Positions 28,188-37,287 of a stretch of 64,000 nucleotides of DNA are shown piece by piece. A program made the translations under genes and the position numbers. Where the stretch lies: IMG/VR virus record IMGVR_UViG_3300029288_000072, positions 96,001 to 160,000 of that record; one strand, given 5' to 3'. How positions within the stretch are numbered: position 1 is the first letter of the stretch; the number at the start of each line of letters is the position of its first letter. This DNA comes from a virus. Lineage: Duplodnaviria; Caudoviricetes. The notes below the pieces were generated by a model. It saw nothing but the letters and a program-made list of their open reading frames with translations, was not told where the DNA came from and searched no databases.

Positions 28188-28719
28188 ACATTTCTATTTG
28201 TTCAATTAATTCATCGAAAGAATTTTTCCAATCAGGATCTCTAATATTAATTAATTTAATATTATTCTTTTTAGCTATTCTGGCAGCCATTCCTGTTCCA
28301 CCTTTAATGTTTCCAGAAGAATATCTATCAGCACAACATATAACGAAATCTACTTTTGGATATATATCATATCCAAAAACTTGATGATAATTTCGTGCAT
28401 GATATTTTAAACTAAATTCATCAAGCTTATCATGCAACGGATGCAATTCTTTTGCTACTTTAATTCCTTCTGGACTATCACCAAGTACAAATGAGTCTAA
28501 ACTATTTGAAATATTGTAAAATTTATTATTAAAATTATTATATGGAAGCATTAAAACGCATCTCCCATTCGATGCCATTTCAAATGTTATATCCGATCCG
28601 GTTGCATTACCAGAAAATAAAATATATTCATATGACCACAATTTTCTACCAATATATGTTATATCATTTTCTTCTTTTTTAGATATATTTCTACTACCTA
28701 TTCCCGCAAAAGTTTTCAT
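28174..28719 (-). CDS. SLOG-superfamily (DprA/Smf-like) nucleotide-binding protein
   Basis: MKTFAGIGSRN..SGNATGSDITFE..ARNYHQV.G..VDFVIC..GGTGMAARIA. Confidence 0.8.
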   Translation of the reverse strand: MKTFAGIGSRNISKKEENDITYIGRKLWSYEYILFSGNATGSDITFEMASNGRCVLMLPYNNFNNKFYNISNSLDSFVLGDSPEGIKVAKELHPLHDKLDEFSLKYHARNYHQVFGYDIYPKVDFVICCADRYSSGNIKGGTGMAARIAKKNNIKLINIRDPDWKNSFDELIEQIEMFNSF

Positions 28720-29132
28720 ATTTTTTCCACCGAATCAAACAATTTTGATATTTCTTCCCATATATCTTTATGTTCAAGATTTGGGTAATCATTTTTATAC
28801 ACGATTCTTTTTATACCTGCATTTTTTAATGCACCAATACACCGATGGCATGGTTGTAAAGTTATGTATATTGTACATCCTTTTGTATCAAAAGGACAAT
28901 TCATAATTGCATTTATTTCTGAATGAATAACAAATTGATATTTTAATGGTCTTTCCCATTTTTCTGGTGTTTCTTGAATTCCAGCAGGAAATCCATTATA
29001 TCCAATTGCACATTGTCTATTATCAGGCGTAACAATAACACATCCTACTTTGGTAGTAGGATCTTTAGATAATTTGGAAGTGACTTCCGCGATTTCAATC
29101 CAGTGTAAATCCCATTGTTTTTGTGTTGGCAT
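28716..29132 (-). CDS. cd: dCMP deaminase
   Basis: SKDPTTKVGCVI, GYNGFP, HSEINA and PCHRC zinc motifs. Confidence 0.93.
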   Translation of the reverse strand: MPTQKQWDLHWIEIAEVTSKLSKDPTTKVGCVIVTPDNRQCAIGYNGFPAGIQETPEKWERPLKYQFVIHSEINAIMNCPFDTKGCTIYITLQPCHRCIGALKNAGIKRIVYKNDYPNLEHKDIWEEISKLFDSVEKI

Positions 29133-29500
29133 TATAATTCCTCAATATTTATTATTATCTCATTTTCTTCCATCCATGTCCAATGTTTCCATACCATTAC
29201 AAATTTATTTGGAATATCTTTATTAATATAAAAATCTCTTACATCTTTAAAGTCGTTAAATTCTAAATATTTTTTATATAAAATAATTAAATTATTTTCT
29301 AGTTTTGAATAACCTATACTATCAGTAATAGTATTTGATGAAGTTTCTCTTTTTGATTCGTATAATAATGCATGTAGCCAAGGTAATGATTTTACATACC
29401 TTCCTTCTTGTTTTGATTCTTTTAATAATTCTTTAAATCTTTTAACTTCTGGTGGTATTCCGCCAGAATTTAAAGCATTATTCTTGTTTTTCTGGGTCAT
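29132..29500 (-). CDS. Hypothetical protein (likely start 29500)
   Basis: Abuts dCMP deaminase; the longer annotated start overlaps the upstream ORF heavily. Confidence 0.55.
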   Translation of the reverse strand: MTQKNKNNALNSGGIPPEVKRFKELLKESKQEGRYVKSLPWLHALLYESKRETSSNTITDSIGYSKLENNLIILYKKYLEFNDFKDVRDFYINKDIPNKFVMVWKHWTWMEENEIIINIEEL

Positions 29501-29681
29501 CTTTGTGTAGGTAGTGGGTAGCAAACGATCCAAGTTCATCAATCACTCCTTGTCTAATAGGATGAAAAAATTCCCTTATTATAGAAGAACCATATTCATT
29601 AAAAAGAGTTCCTATGAACCCCTTCATTGAAGGAGTGTTTATTTCTTTTATTACTATTTTTAGTTTAGGTTTGTTTTCCAT
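29478..29681 (-). CDS. Hypothetical protein (67 aa)
   Basis: Starts immediately after the guaC stop codon. Confidence 0.55.
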   Translation of the reverse strand: MENKPKLKIVIKEINTPSMKGFIGTLFNEYGSSIIREFFHPIRQGVIDELGSFATHYLHKDDPEKQE

Positions 29682-29682
29682 G

Positions 29683-30645
29683 TCAGTTTACGCTAACCAA
29701 CTTCATATTTCCTAGTGAGGTTAAATCTTTTCCTCCTGCATAACTAATAGATGATTGTAAATCTTCTTTAATTTCATTAAGAAGATTTTTCATGTCACCT
29801 TTATAATCTAATAATATTTTTTTACCTTCTATTCTATTATATGATTGTTTATTATGTTCCGATGCAGATCCAAAATATACACATCGTAGTTTTCCATCAA
29901 TCTCAATTTTTTCTGAATTACTTTGATCATAACCACTAAACAAACTTCCTGCCATTACCATTGTAGCACCACATGAAATTGCTAATGCAATATCTCCATG
30001 ATGTTCGATACCACCATCTGCTATAATTGGCTTTTTTGCTTCTTCTGAACATTCTAAAATACAAGACACCATCGGCCTATAAACCTTTGTCTTATAACGA
30101 GTTATGCAACTTTTGCCCCCCGCTATGCCAATTTTTGTACAATCCGCCCCCCATTCTTCAATATCTAATAGAGCATCAACTGTGTTATAATTTCCTACAA
30201 TTAAATATGTATTAGGAAATTTGTCTTTCATAAATTTTATCATGTTTTCTGCTTTTGGAGAATGACAAAATGCAATATCTAAAGTTGCATAATGTAATTC
30301 TTTTTCTAATCCTGCATCCTTTATGTTTTTTAATTGATTATATGTGTCTTCGTTTACACCAATTGATATACTTGTAAAATGATTATTAGTTCTCATAAAA
30401 TCAATAAATTTTACTTGATCTACATTAAATCTATGCATAATATAAAACCAGTTATTATCTGCAAAAAATTTGCATGTATTTTGATTAACAACTGCTGGCA
30501 TATTTGCACATATAACAGGAACCGCAAATTTCCTTCCACCGAAAATAACAGAAGTATCACATTCGTTTCTGCTATTAACTACACATTTATTTGGTACTAA
30601 ATATACATCACTATAGTTATATTCTCTTGTTATTGTTTTTTGCAT
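29683..30645 (-). CDS. guaC: GMP reductase
   Basis: YSDVYLVPNKC..SRNECDTS, PVICANM, YIMHRF, KIGIAGGKSCITR, PIIADGGI, YFGSASE and EDLQSSISYAGG. Confidence 0.92.
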   Translation of the reverse strand: MQKTITREYNYSDVYLVPNKCVVNSRNECDTSVIFGGRKFAVPVICANMPAVVNQNTCKFFADNNWFYIMHRFNVDQVKFIDFMRTNNHFTSISIGVNEDTYNQLKNIKDAGLEKELHYATLDIAFCHSPKAENMIKFMKDKFPNTYLIVGNYNTVDALLDIEEWGADCTKIGIAGGKSCITRYKTKVYRPMVSCILECSEEAKKPIIADGGIEHHGDIALAISCGATMVMAGSLFSGYDQSNSEKIEIDGKLRCVYFGSASEHNKQSYNRIEGKKILLDYKGDMKNLLNEIKEDLQSSISYAGGKDLTSLGNMKLVSVN

Positions 30646-30649
30646 TGTA

Positions 30650-30698
30650 ATTCCCCTTAATAGGAGAATATTATAACATCAAAAAATTGAGATATCAA
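30650..30698 (-). promoter_or_regulatory. guaC promoter TTGATA-17-(TGT)TATAAT followed by an SD-occluding hairpin
   Basis: -35 at 30693-30698, -10 at 30670-30675. Hairpin ATTCTCCT-ATTA-AGGGGAAT at 30650-30669. Confidence 0.55.
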
Positions 30699-31129
30699 TT
30701 AAAATTTCCAAATATTCTTTTATGATTTTCTTTTACAGCAAATACAAAATCATTTATTTTAGAATCAAATTTTGCTTCTAATACACCTTTATCAACCAAT
30801 TGACTACACAATTTTAAATATATTATTCTTGTCAATTTTTTTATAATTTCGTCGCATTCATCATTTGTTATATAATATAATTTATCATCTGTTACTTTTA
30901 TTAATGGTGTTAATATATCTAACATAACATTATATTCTACGTATTCATTACATTCATCGTCTGACATTTCTCTTATATGAGAATATTTTTCTTGAAATTC
31001 TTCTTCTGTTTTTGGATATTGTTTTAATAATTCATCAAGTTTTAATAAAAAATAAATAATTGCCTCTTTTCTAACACATATGAAAATATCTTCATAATCT
31101 GGTGATAGATATGCATAATTTTCAGACAT
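30695..31129 (-). CDS. Hypothetical protein (144 aa)
   Basis: Tiles directly after the 2H phosphoesterase gene. Confidence 0.7.
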   Translation of the reverse strand: MSENYAYLSPDYEDIFICVRKEAIIYFLLKLDELLKQYPKTEEEFQEKYSHIREMSDDECNEYVEYNVMLDILTPLIKVTDDKLYYITNDECDEIIKKLTRIIYLKLCSQLVDKGVLEAKFDSKINDFVFAVKENHKRIFGNFN

Positions 31130-31131
31130 TT

Positions 31132-31653
31132 TTATATCTTCTTTTGAAAAATTATTTTATAATCTGATCCTGTAACAACATGTTTTTTAAAAACTAAATT
31201 CATTTTATGTTTATTTAAAAATTTAGGAATTTCTTTTTTTGTTCCTTCTGTTAGTGTTATATGTGGTTTATATATTTTATAATCACTATCTGGGAATCCA
31301 CAATCTATGATAAATTTATTAATTTGTTTAAACCATTTATGTATTTCTGGTGAATCTACTTCCATAACTAAGCATTTGTCTTCGCCAAAAATATTAAAAT
31401 TTTTTGTTACAGCAGATAGTTTTGGCAATTGTATTGCATTTAAATAATCTATTAATGGATCTGGCGACTTATTAGTTTTAACATACCTAATTGTAATATG
31501 GAATTTATTCTTATCTGTTAATTCACCATCTAGATCTAATTCTTTTTGTAATTCTTTTAATTTTGTAGAATATGGTTCGTCTGCATACAACATATAACAA
31601 AATGTTGATACTTTTGCTTCATTTAAAAGAAAATATTCTTTAAAATTGTGCAT
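31132..31653 (-). CDS. acb1: 2H phosphoesterase, Acb1/T4 57B-like anti-CBASS nuclease
   Basis: Two HxT motifs (FHITIRY, YKPHITL). KLKELQKELDL, CLVMEVDS and DSDYKIYKPHITL parallel T4 57B/Acb1 as recalled. Confidence 0.72.
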   Translation of the reverse strand: MHNFKEYFLLNEAKVSTFCYMLYADEPYSTKLKELQKELDLDGELTDKNKFHITIRYVKTNKSPDPLIDYLNAIQLPKLSAVTKNFNIFGEDKCLVMEVDSPEIHKWFKQINKFIIDCGFPDSDYKIYKPHITLTEGTKKEIPKFLNKHKMNLVFKKHVVTGSDYKIIFQKKI

Positions 31654-31658
31654 TATTT

Positions 31659-32324
31659 TTAATCTTTTTCTTCTACTGATGTTGCAACTTTTGGTTTTTT
31701 ATTTTTAATTGGATCCATATCAGCAGATTTTCTAGATTTTTCTAGATTTTTTTCTGCCTGTGTTTTTTCATCACCTTTTGGTGTATTTTTTGCTGCTGCT
31801 TTTCCTTGTTTTTCAGATTCTTTATTTATCTTTTCCATTACATCAATAATATTTTTTAATGCTTCTTTTTGATTTTCTGGCAACTCTTCATTTTTTTCTG
31901 ACATTGCTTTTCCAGGACTGGTATTTGCTGTTAACATTCCTAAAAACCAGAATGGAAGTTTATCTTTAATTAAATTCCATGATTTAGAAATTAAATTTTT
32001 ATCTCTCTTCTCAAATGCCTTTTCAAGAGTAGCTATGTCTTCTTCTACATCAATTCCAGTTTTTGAACATAATGTACGAAGCATTCTAAAATCAAGAGCA
32101 TCTTTAAGATTCATATCTTCTTCTGTAGTAGTCATACCCATTAACAGTTTAATCTGTTTTCTAAATTCTTCTACTGGTAAATATGCAGGATTCTTTCCTT
32201 CTTTTCCATTTCTATCAGTAACATCGTCATGTAAACGATAATTACTATTTGGAAGATTTGAAGTGAATCCAAATTTTTCTTGTAATATTTTTCTAGTTGG
32301 TGTTAATTTATCGTCGGTAGACAT
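31659..32324 (-). CDS. Hypothetical late protein (221 aa)
   Basis: GGGG SD and a late promoter at 32350. Confidence 0.72.
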   Translation of the reverse strand: MSTDDKLTPTRKILQEKFGFTSNLPNSNYRLHDDVTDRNGKEGKNPAYLPVEEFRKQIKLLMGMTTTEEDMNLKDALDFRMLRTLCSKTGIDVEEDIATLEKAFEKRDKNLISKSWNLIKDKLPFWFLGMLTANTSPGKAMSEKNEELPENQKEALKNIIDVMEKINKESEKQGKAAAKNTPKGDEKTQAEKNLEKSRKSADMDPIKNKKPKVATSVEEKD

Positions 32325-32349
32325 ATTTATCCCCTATATTTTACATAAC

Positions 32350-32357
32350 TATTTATA
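32350..32357 (-). promoter_or_regulatory. T4-type late promoter TATAAATA
   Basis: Exact intergenic match. Confidence 0.6.
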
Positions 32358-32366
32358 TTTATTTTT

Positions 32367-32573
32367 CTATTTATTCGATGAACAAGTCCAACAAGGAGAA
32401 GAATAATTAGCTACAAATTCTTTTTTAAATAATTTACAAAAGAATCGTCTTTCTACCACTTGATCCCCATGGCAACATCCAGATTCTCTATTATTTTTTA
32501 TTATTTTTATTTCATCCGATCTATAAGGACAAGGTTTTTGTGCTTGTAAATCTTTGTAATGATCGTAAATCAT
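32367..32573 (-). CDS. Small Cys-rich (putative Zn-binding) protein
   Basis: CPY..GCC..FCK..PCWTC. Confidence 0.55.
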   Translation of the reverse strand: MIYDHYKDLQAQKPCPYRSDEIKIIKNNRESGCCHGDQVVERRFFCKLFKKEFVANYSSPCWTCSSNK

Positions 32574-32579
32574 TCTATA

Positions 32580-33251
32580 TTATATCGTGATTTCCAAATT
32601 ATTCAATGTAGAAACTGATTCTGCTGCTGCTCTTTTATCTTCTTTTTTATGTAATTCGTCAGATTTGCTATCTATATGGTCTCCCATTTCAGATATTAAA
32701 ATTTTTAATTCTTGTTTTAAAGACCGTGATGTATTATACATATAAAGCAATATTGCTTGTTTTCTTTCTTTTATGTCTTTTCTTCTTTCCGAAACAATGG
32801 ATTGTCGTAATTCGTTCATTTCATTGTACGATTTATTTATGACATATTTAATTTTATCAATAATAGTTGACCATTTTCCAACTTCTATTGTATCGAATGT
32901 TGCATAGTCTCCGGTCGAATTTCCGTTTTTGGATATTATATATGCCGCATCTTTTAAATGCTTCATTGCTAATTGTGCCTCTTTTAATGTTGGATTTTGT
33001 TTATTTAACAAATTGAATGCAGGGAAAAAATGATTTTTATAAGCAGTTTGAACTTCCTCATTTTCTGTTAAAACTTTATTTTTTATTAGTTTATTCCAAT
33101 CCTTTTTTCCTTGTTTAATAACATCTTCTTCTATATTATCATATCCTTTATACTCATTACTTGGTATATTAATACCATTAAAAGAATTTTGAGTTTCTTT
33201 TTGGATAGATCTGAATTTATTCCATTGCTCTACTAAATATTTGTGTTTCAT
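32580..33251 (-). CDS. Hypothetical protein, possibly head-internal (223 aa)
   Basis: In the late-transcribed cluster; LxE motifs near the N-terminus. Confidence 0.65.
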   Translation of the reverse strand: MKHKYLVEQWNKFRSIQKETQNSFNGINIPSNEYKGYDNIEEDVIKQGKKDWNKLIKNKVLTENEEVQTAYKNHFFPAFNLLNKQNPTLKEAQLAMKHLKDAAYIISKNGNSTGDYATFDTIEVGKWSTIIDKIKYVINKSYNEMNELRQSIVSERRKDIKERKQAILLYMYNTSRSLKQELKILISEMGDHIDSKSDELHKKEDKRAAAESVSTLNNLEITI

Positions 33252-33252
33252 A

Positions 33253-34188
33253 TCATCCTATATTAAATAAATCTATTTTAGATGATTTTTTATTCATTTT
33301 ATTCCAAGATTCTTTTAGATTATTTGATTCGTCTAAATTTCTCCAATTTTTTTCTATTTTTTTGCCTTCCTGGCGACGTTTTCTTGGATTTTTTCTATCT
33401 TCATCAGTAACCGGATGTCCAATCCGTTCTCTTTCACCAGTTTGTTTACTTATAGATGTTACTGGATCTTTCTTTTTATTTTTCTTACTTTCATCCAGTT
33501 CATTATCTTCTTCCTTATCTTCTTTCTTATCTTCTTTCTTATCCTTTTCTGCTTCTTTTTCCATATCTACAAGATCAGTTCCTTCTGGATTATCATAATA
33601 TTTTTCATTTTCAAAATTATGATCTTTTGAAATTTCTTTTGCTACATCTTCATCATCAGTATGTTCCTTTTCAATTTTTTCTCCAATATCTAATTGTTTT
33701 TTAATTTCTTCTACAGGAACATCATGATGTTTTGCCAAATCTTCTGGAGTCATATCATCTGCCATTCCACCTGGAATTTTGTCTTCTTTTATTTCATTAA
33801 TTTCTTCTTTTAATTTTTGAACTCCTGCTCTTGCTTCATCATATTGTGCCTTTTTTTGGCCTAACAAAGTTGTTTTATTAATTTGTTCTTCCAATTCTTT
33901 TACTTGTTCTGCCAATTTAGCTTTCTTTCTATTTAGGGATTCTATACGTTTTACATATGCTTCTGCAATTTTAACTTCTTCTGGTGTGGCATCGGAAGAA
34001 GTCGCTGGTGCAATATTTTCTGCTGGTTCTACTACATCATTTGTTACTGGATCGGTTGCTGTTGTATCGGCAGCAATTAAATCTGGAACAGTTAAATCTT
34101 CTACACCAGTATTTTCAGTTTCTTGTGGTAAAAGATTTTCTTCTTCTTTTATTTTGCGTGATTCTTTCCAAATCTTTTTAAAATTCAT
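33253..34188 (-). CDS. Acidic coiled-coil protein with a DUF5661-like domain; possible prohead core/internal protein
   Basis: IPGGMAD..QLDIGEKIEKEHTDDEDVAKEISKDH..ENEKYY matches the DUF5661 pattern. Also a KKEDKKEDKEED repeat. Confidence 0.7.
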   Translation of the reverse strand: MNFKKIWKESRKIKEEENLLPQETENTGVEDLTVPDLIAADTTATDPVTNDVVEPAENIAPATSSDATPEEVKIAEAYVKRIESLNRKKAKLAEQVKELEEQINKTTLLGQKKAQYDEARAGVQKLKEEINEIKEDKIPGGMADDMTPEDLAKHHDVPVEEIKKQLDIGEKIEKEHTDDEDVAKEISKDHNFENEKYYDNPEGTDLVDMEKEAEKDKKEDKKEDKEEDNELDESKKNKKKDPVTSISKQTGERERIGHPVTDEDRKNPRKRRQEGKKIEKNWRNLDESNNLKESWNKMNKKSSKIDLFNIG

Positions 34189-35642
34189 GATAAACTCCCT
34201 AAATGTATATCTGGTCCATTATCCTTTTTTTGTTCTGGTTTAACTTCTGTTTTTAATATTTTATTTCTATTGTTTTTCCATATTTCTTGTAATTTAAATT
34301 TTTCTGATACTTTTCTTTGACGCACATATTCATTATCAGGCGATTCATTAATAATAACTTTTATTTTATTAATAAAAGATTCTTGAATTTTTTCAAAATC
34401 TTTATCATCCAACACTACAAAGAAGTCATCAATATTATTTATGATAGATTCCATTGCAGCAGCTTCCTCTTCTGCAGATGTAGCAGCAGGAGCAACTTTT
34501 TCTTTTGCTTTCTTTAAATTATCCAGTTTTCTTAATTTATTTGACAATCCAAGAATTAATGAATTATTAACTTCATATTGTCTCATTAATGATTTTAGGT
34601 TTTCTATTGCTTCTTTTGCACCAACAAATGTTTTGTAATATGGATTTGATTTATTTGATAACCAATTGAAATATCTATCAACTGTTGATTTTGCTGTATG
34701 TGGAGTTTCTGGTGCAATTGCTTCATTTATTTTTTCTATTAAATTCTTTGCTTTATTTGTAACTATTTCTAAATATTTTGGTAATAAATGTCTTTCTGTT
34801 TTTCCTGTTTCGGTATTTGCAATAACTGCATCTAGACCAGATTTATCAAACTCGTTTCTTATTTTTTGTATTTTCTTTTTATAATTAGTTAGTTGATTTT
34901 TTGGAAATTTTTCAGCAGAAACTATTTGATTTAATAAATTTAATTTATTTTCAAACTCTTCATCAGAGATTACATATGCTTGTTCTACTGGTGTTAAAAA
35001 GTTTTTAAAAATATGTTGAGGAGATTTAGAAGCATTTATAATAGATCCTTTTATAGCATTATACTTTTCTTCTGCTGGTAATGATTCAATATTTTCTGGT
35101 AAAATTAGTGCTAAATATAAATCATCTATATTTCCACCACCGCCACCGCCACCAAATTTAGATTTTGCATGACGGCTAGTTATACTATTTGAATTAATCC
35201 ATTCTTCTTCTCTTTTTCCGCCATTATACTTTTTAATTTCTTCAATCATTTTATCTGATAATTCATTTTTTCTATTAAGCAATTCAGCAGTTAATTTTCT
35301 TACATTTTGATAATAATCTTCTCCTGCCATAGAATCTAATTTTTCTTTTCTAATAAAATCTACTATTGCCTTTCTTTTTTCTTCGTCTGTCATCGAAAAT
35401 TGTTCTATTTCGCGTTTAATGTTTTCATCACTTAATGTATTGCTTAATTCTTGCGATGCTTCTTTTCTTTTTTGTCCTATTGTGGTTGCATTTTGACTTG
35501 AAACAACTGGTGTTCCTGTAACATTTACCGATCCTGCTATATTAGATCCTTTAAATCCTGCTTTTGGTACATTTAATTCTTCTTTTAAAAATGATTTAGT
35601 AGATTCTGATATAATTTTTAATTTATTTTTGATATCTGACAT
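34185..35642 (-). CDS. Hypothetical coiled-coil late protein (485 aa)
   Basis: Late promoter at 35671, a Gly7 run and LxE motifs. Confidence 0.72.
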   Translation of the reverse strand: MSDIKNKLKIISESTKSFLKEELNVPKAGFKGSNIAGSVNVTGTPVVSSQNATTIGQKRKEASQELSNTLSDENIKREIEQFSMTDEEKRKAIVDFIRKEKLDSMAGEDYYQNVRKLTAELLNRKNELSDKMIEEIKKYNGGKREEEWINSNSITSRHAKSKFGGGGGGGNIDDLYLALILPENIESLPAEEKYNAIKGSIINASKSPQHIFKNFLTPVEQAYVISDEEFENKLNLLNQIVSAEKFPKNQLTNYKKKIQKIRNEFDKSGLDAVIANTETGKTERHLLPKYLEIVTNKAKNLIEKINEAIAPETPHTAKSTVDRYFNWLSNKSNPYYKTFVGAKEAIENLKSLMRQYEVNNSLILGLSNKLRKLDNLKKAKEKVAPAATSAEEEAAAMESIINNIDDFFVVLDDKDFEKIQESFINKIKVIINESPDNEYVRQRKVSEKFKLQEIWKNNRNKILKTEVKPEQKKDNGPDIHLGSLS

Positions 35643-35670
35643 ATTTACCCCATAATGATTCTTATAGACA

Positions 35671-35678
35671 TATTTATA
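35671..35678 (-). promoter_or_regulatory. T4-type late promoter TATAAATA
   Basis: Exact match just downstream of a terminator. Confidence 0.65.
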
Positions 35679-35688
35679 TATGTCTAAC

Positions 35689-35721
35689 CAAAAAAATAAC
35701 CGGCATTTTTGCCGGTTATTT
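35689..35721 (-). terminator. Rho-independent terminator
   Basis: AAATAACCGGCA-4nt-TGCCGGTTATTT followed by a U-tract on the minus strand. Confidence 0.82.
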
Positions 35722-35741
35722 AAAATCTATATTTAATCAAT

Positions 35742-36638
35742 TCATTTCTTAAATCTGCTTTCTCTCATAGCTTGCCAAGACTTACGACCAGCACGCATTG
35801 GATCTCTTTCTGCTTCTTTTTCTGCTTCTTCTACTTCAGGATCCCTATCGTTACCAATTAAACCTTTCTTACGTAATCTACGGTCTCTAACAGATTCGGT
35901 TAATACGGGTGTTTCTTCCTCTTCTTCTGGTGCTATTTCTTCTTCAGGAGAAACTTCGCCACCTTCTGCTGGAATTTCTGGCTCGACTGGAGCAAGTTCT
36001 CCTCCTTCTACGGGAGGAACCTCACCTTCTGGAGAAATTTCTTCGCCACCTTCTACTGGTTCTTCTGCGTCTAATGGGCTTACATCTGTAGGTTCTTTTA
36101 TTTCTGCAACAGCAGAAATTTGCATATCTGCAGGGAATAATAGAACTTTAAACGCACCATGATGATCATCTTGGAATTCTGCAAAAACTATACCATTATC
36201 ATCTGCGTCTAACGCAACATCGGATGGTAATGATCCTAAATATTGTTGTGCAACTGCATCAGCAGACATTTTCTTTTCCGATGCACCTTCTTCGCCTTGT
36301 GCTGCATCATCAATACCATCTGCATTATCGTCAACAGGAACCTCTAGATCTGTTTCTGGTGCAATTTCTCCACCTTCTACGGGAGGAACCTCACCTTCTG
36401 GTGCAGGAACTATATCTTCTTCTGGCGCAGGAACAACTTCTGGATCTGCCTTTTCTTCTTCTTTGAACGCAGTAGCAGGAAATTTCTTAACTCCCTGTTT
36501 AGTTGCTAGTGTATTTCTATTTGCAACGGCAGCATTTGACGCAGATGAAATTCCTAACATTCTGCTCATTGCTTCCTTTAAACTCTTATTTAGCTTTTGC
36601 TTTTCTTCAAAAAGTTTGTCTCTACTAGAAATGTCCAT
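35742..36638 (-). CDS. Glu/Pro-rich acidic protein (298 aa), scaffold/prohead-core-like
   Basis: Monocistronic unit with a late promoter, AGGAG SD and a strong terminator. Repeated PEGEVPPVEGGE. Confidence 0.7.
   Translation of the reverse strand: MDISSRDKLFEEKQKLNKSLKEAMSRMLGISSASNAAVANRNTLATKQGVKKFPATAFKEEEKADPEVVPAPEEDIVPAPEGEVPPVEGGEIAPETDLEVPVDDNADGIDDAAQGEEGASEKKMSADAVAQQYLGSLPSDVALDADDNGIVFAEFQDDHHGAFKVLLFPADMQISAVAEIKEPTDVSPLDAEEPVEGGEEISPEGEVPPVEGGELAPVEPEIPAEGGEVSPEEEIAPEEEEETPVLTESVRDRRLRKKGLIGNDRDPEVEEAEKEAERDPMRAGRKSWQAMRESRFKK
36004..36401. repeat. 29-bp direct repeat CCTTCTACGGGAGGAACCTCACCTTCTGG (36004-36032 and 36373-36401)
   Basis: Two identical copies inside the 298-aa gene. 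Confidence 0.85.
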
Positions 36639-36674
36639 TGTTGACTCCTATAGTTTTTAATCCTATAACAATTT

Positions 36675-36682
36675 TATTTATA
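36675..36682 (-). promoter_or_regulatory. T4-type late promoter TATAAATA
   Basis: Exact intergenic match. Confidence 0.62.
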
Positions 36683-36698
36683 TTAGTTTTATATTTTT

Positions 36699-37280
36699 TC
36701 AAACAGAAAACTCTACATATATATGAGAATTGGTTTCAACTACTGAATTTTCATTAATTTTTATACCTACTTTTTGTATCATTGGTAATGCTAATTCTGC
36801 AGGAGTAGGATCTTTTTCTTCATCAAAACTAATCATAATATACGGAACATATTCTTTTTTATTATTTTTTACTAATCTAACCATTAATTTTGCTGGATCG
36901 CCATCAACACCTTTAATATTAAGAACAATATATCCAGGTCCACTTTCTACTTCGTTTCCTAATCTCTTTAAATACATTTTAGCAGTAGTCCATGGTTTAA
37001 ATATATCTGGTGCCTCATTTTGAGAGTTAATTTCCACAAAGTCTTCTGGTGTAAATACTTCTATAGGTGTTTGTTTGGTAGATTTCGACAAATCTTCGAT
37101 TTCTTGTTCATGACTTTCTTTCAATGTTCCAAATATTTGTCTAATACTGTCTTGTACACCTTTATTTTTAATTAATTCTCCAATTTCATCAGTTTTAGGT
37201 GGTTCTAATATTTTTTCACCAGATCCAACCCGTTTTAAAATATCTTGTATTTTATTTCTGTAATCATTGTTTTCTGTCAT
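36699..37280 (-). CDS. Hypothetical protein (193 aa)
   Basis: GAGG SD; tiles with its neighbours. Confidence 0.7.
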   Translation of the reverse strand: MTENNDYRNKIQDILKRVGSGEKILEPPKTDEIGELIKNKGVQDSIRQIFGTLKESHEQEIEDLSKSTKQTPIEVFTPEDFVEINSQNEAPDIFKPWTTAKMYLKRLGNEVESGPGYIVLNIKGVDGDPAKLMVRLVKNNKKEYVPYIMISFDEEKDPTPAELALPMIQKVGIKINENSVVETNSHIYVEFSV

Positions 37281-37287
37281 ATTAACC

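Noticed and set aside
35132-35153. Gly7 tract as a phase-variable repeat
   Set aside because: It is encoded by mixed GGT/GGC/GGA codons, so it is not a slippage-prone homopolymer.
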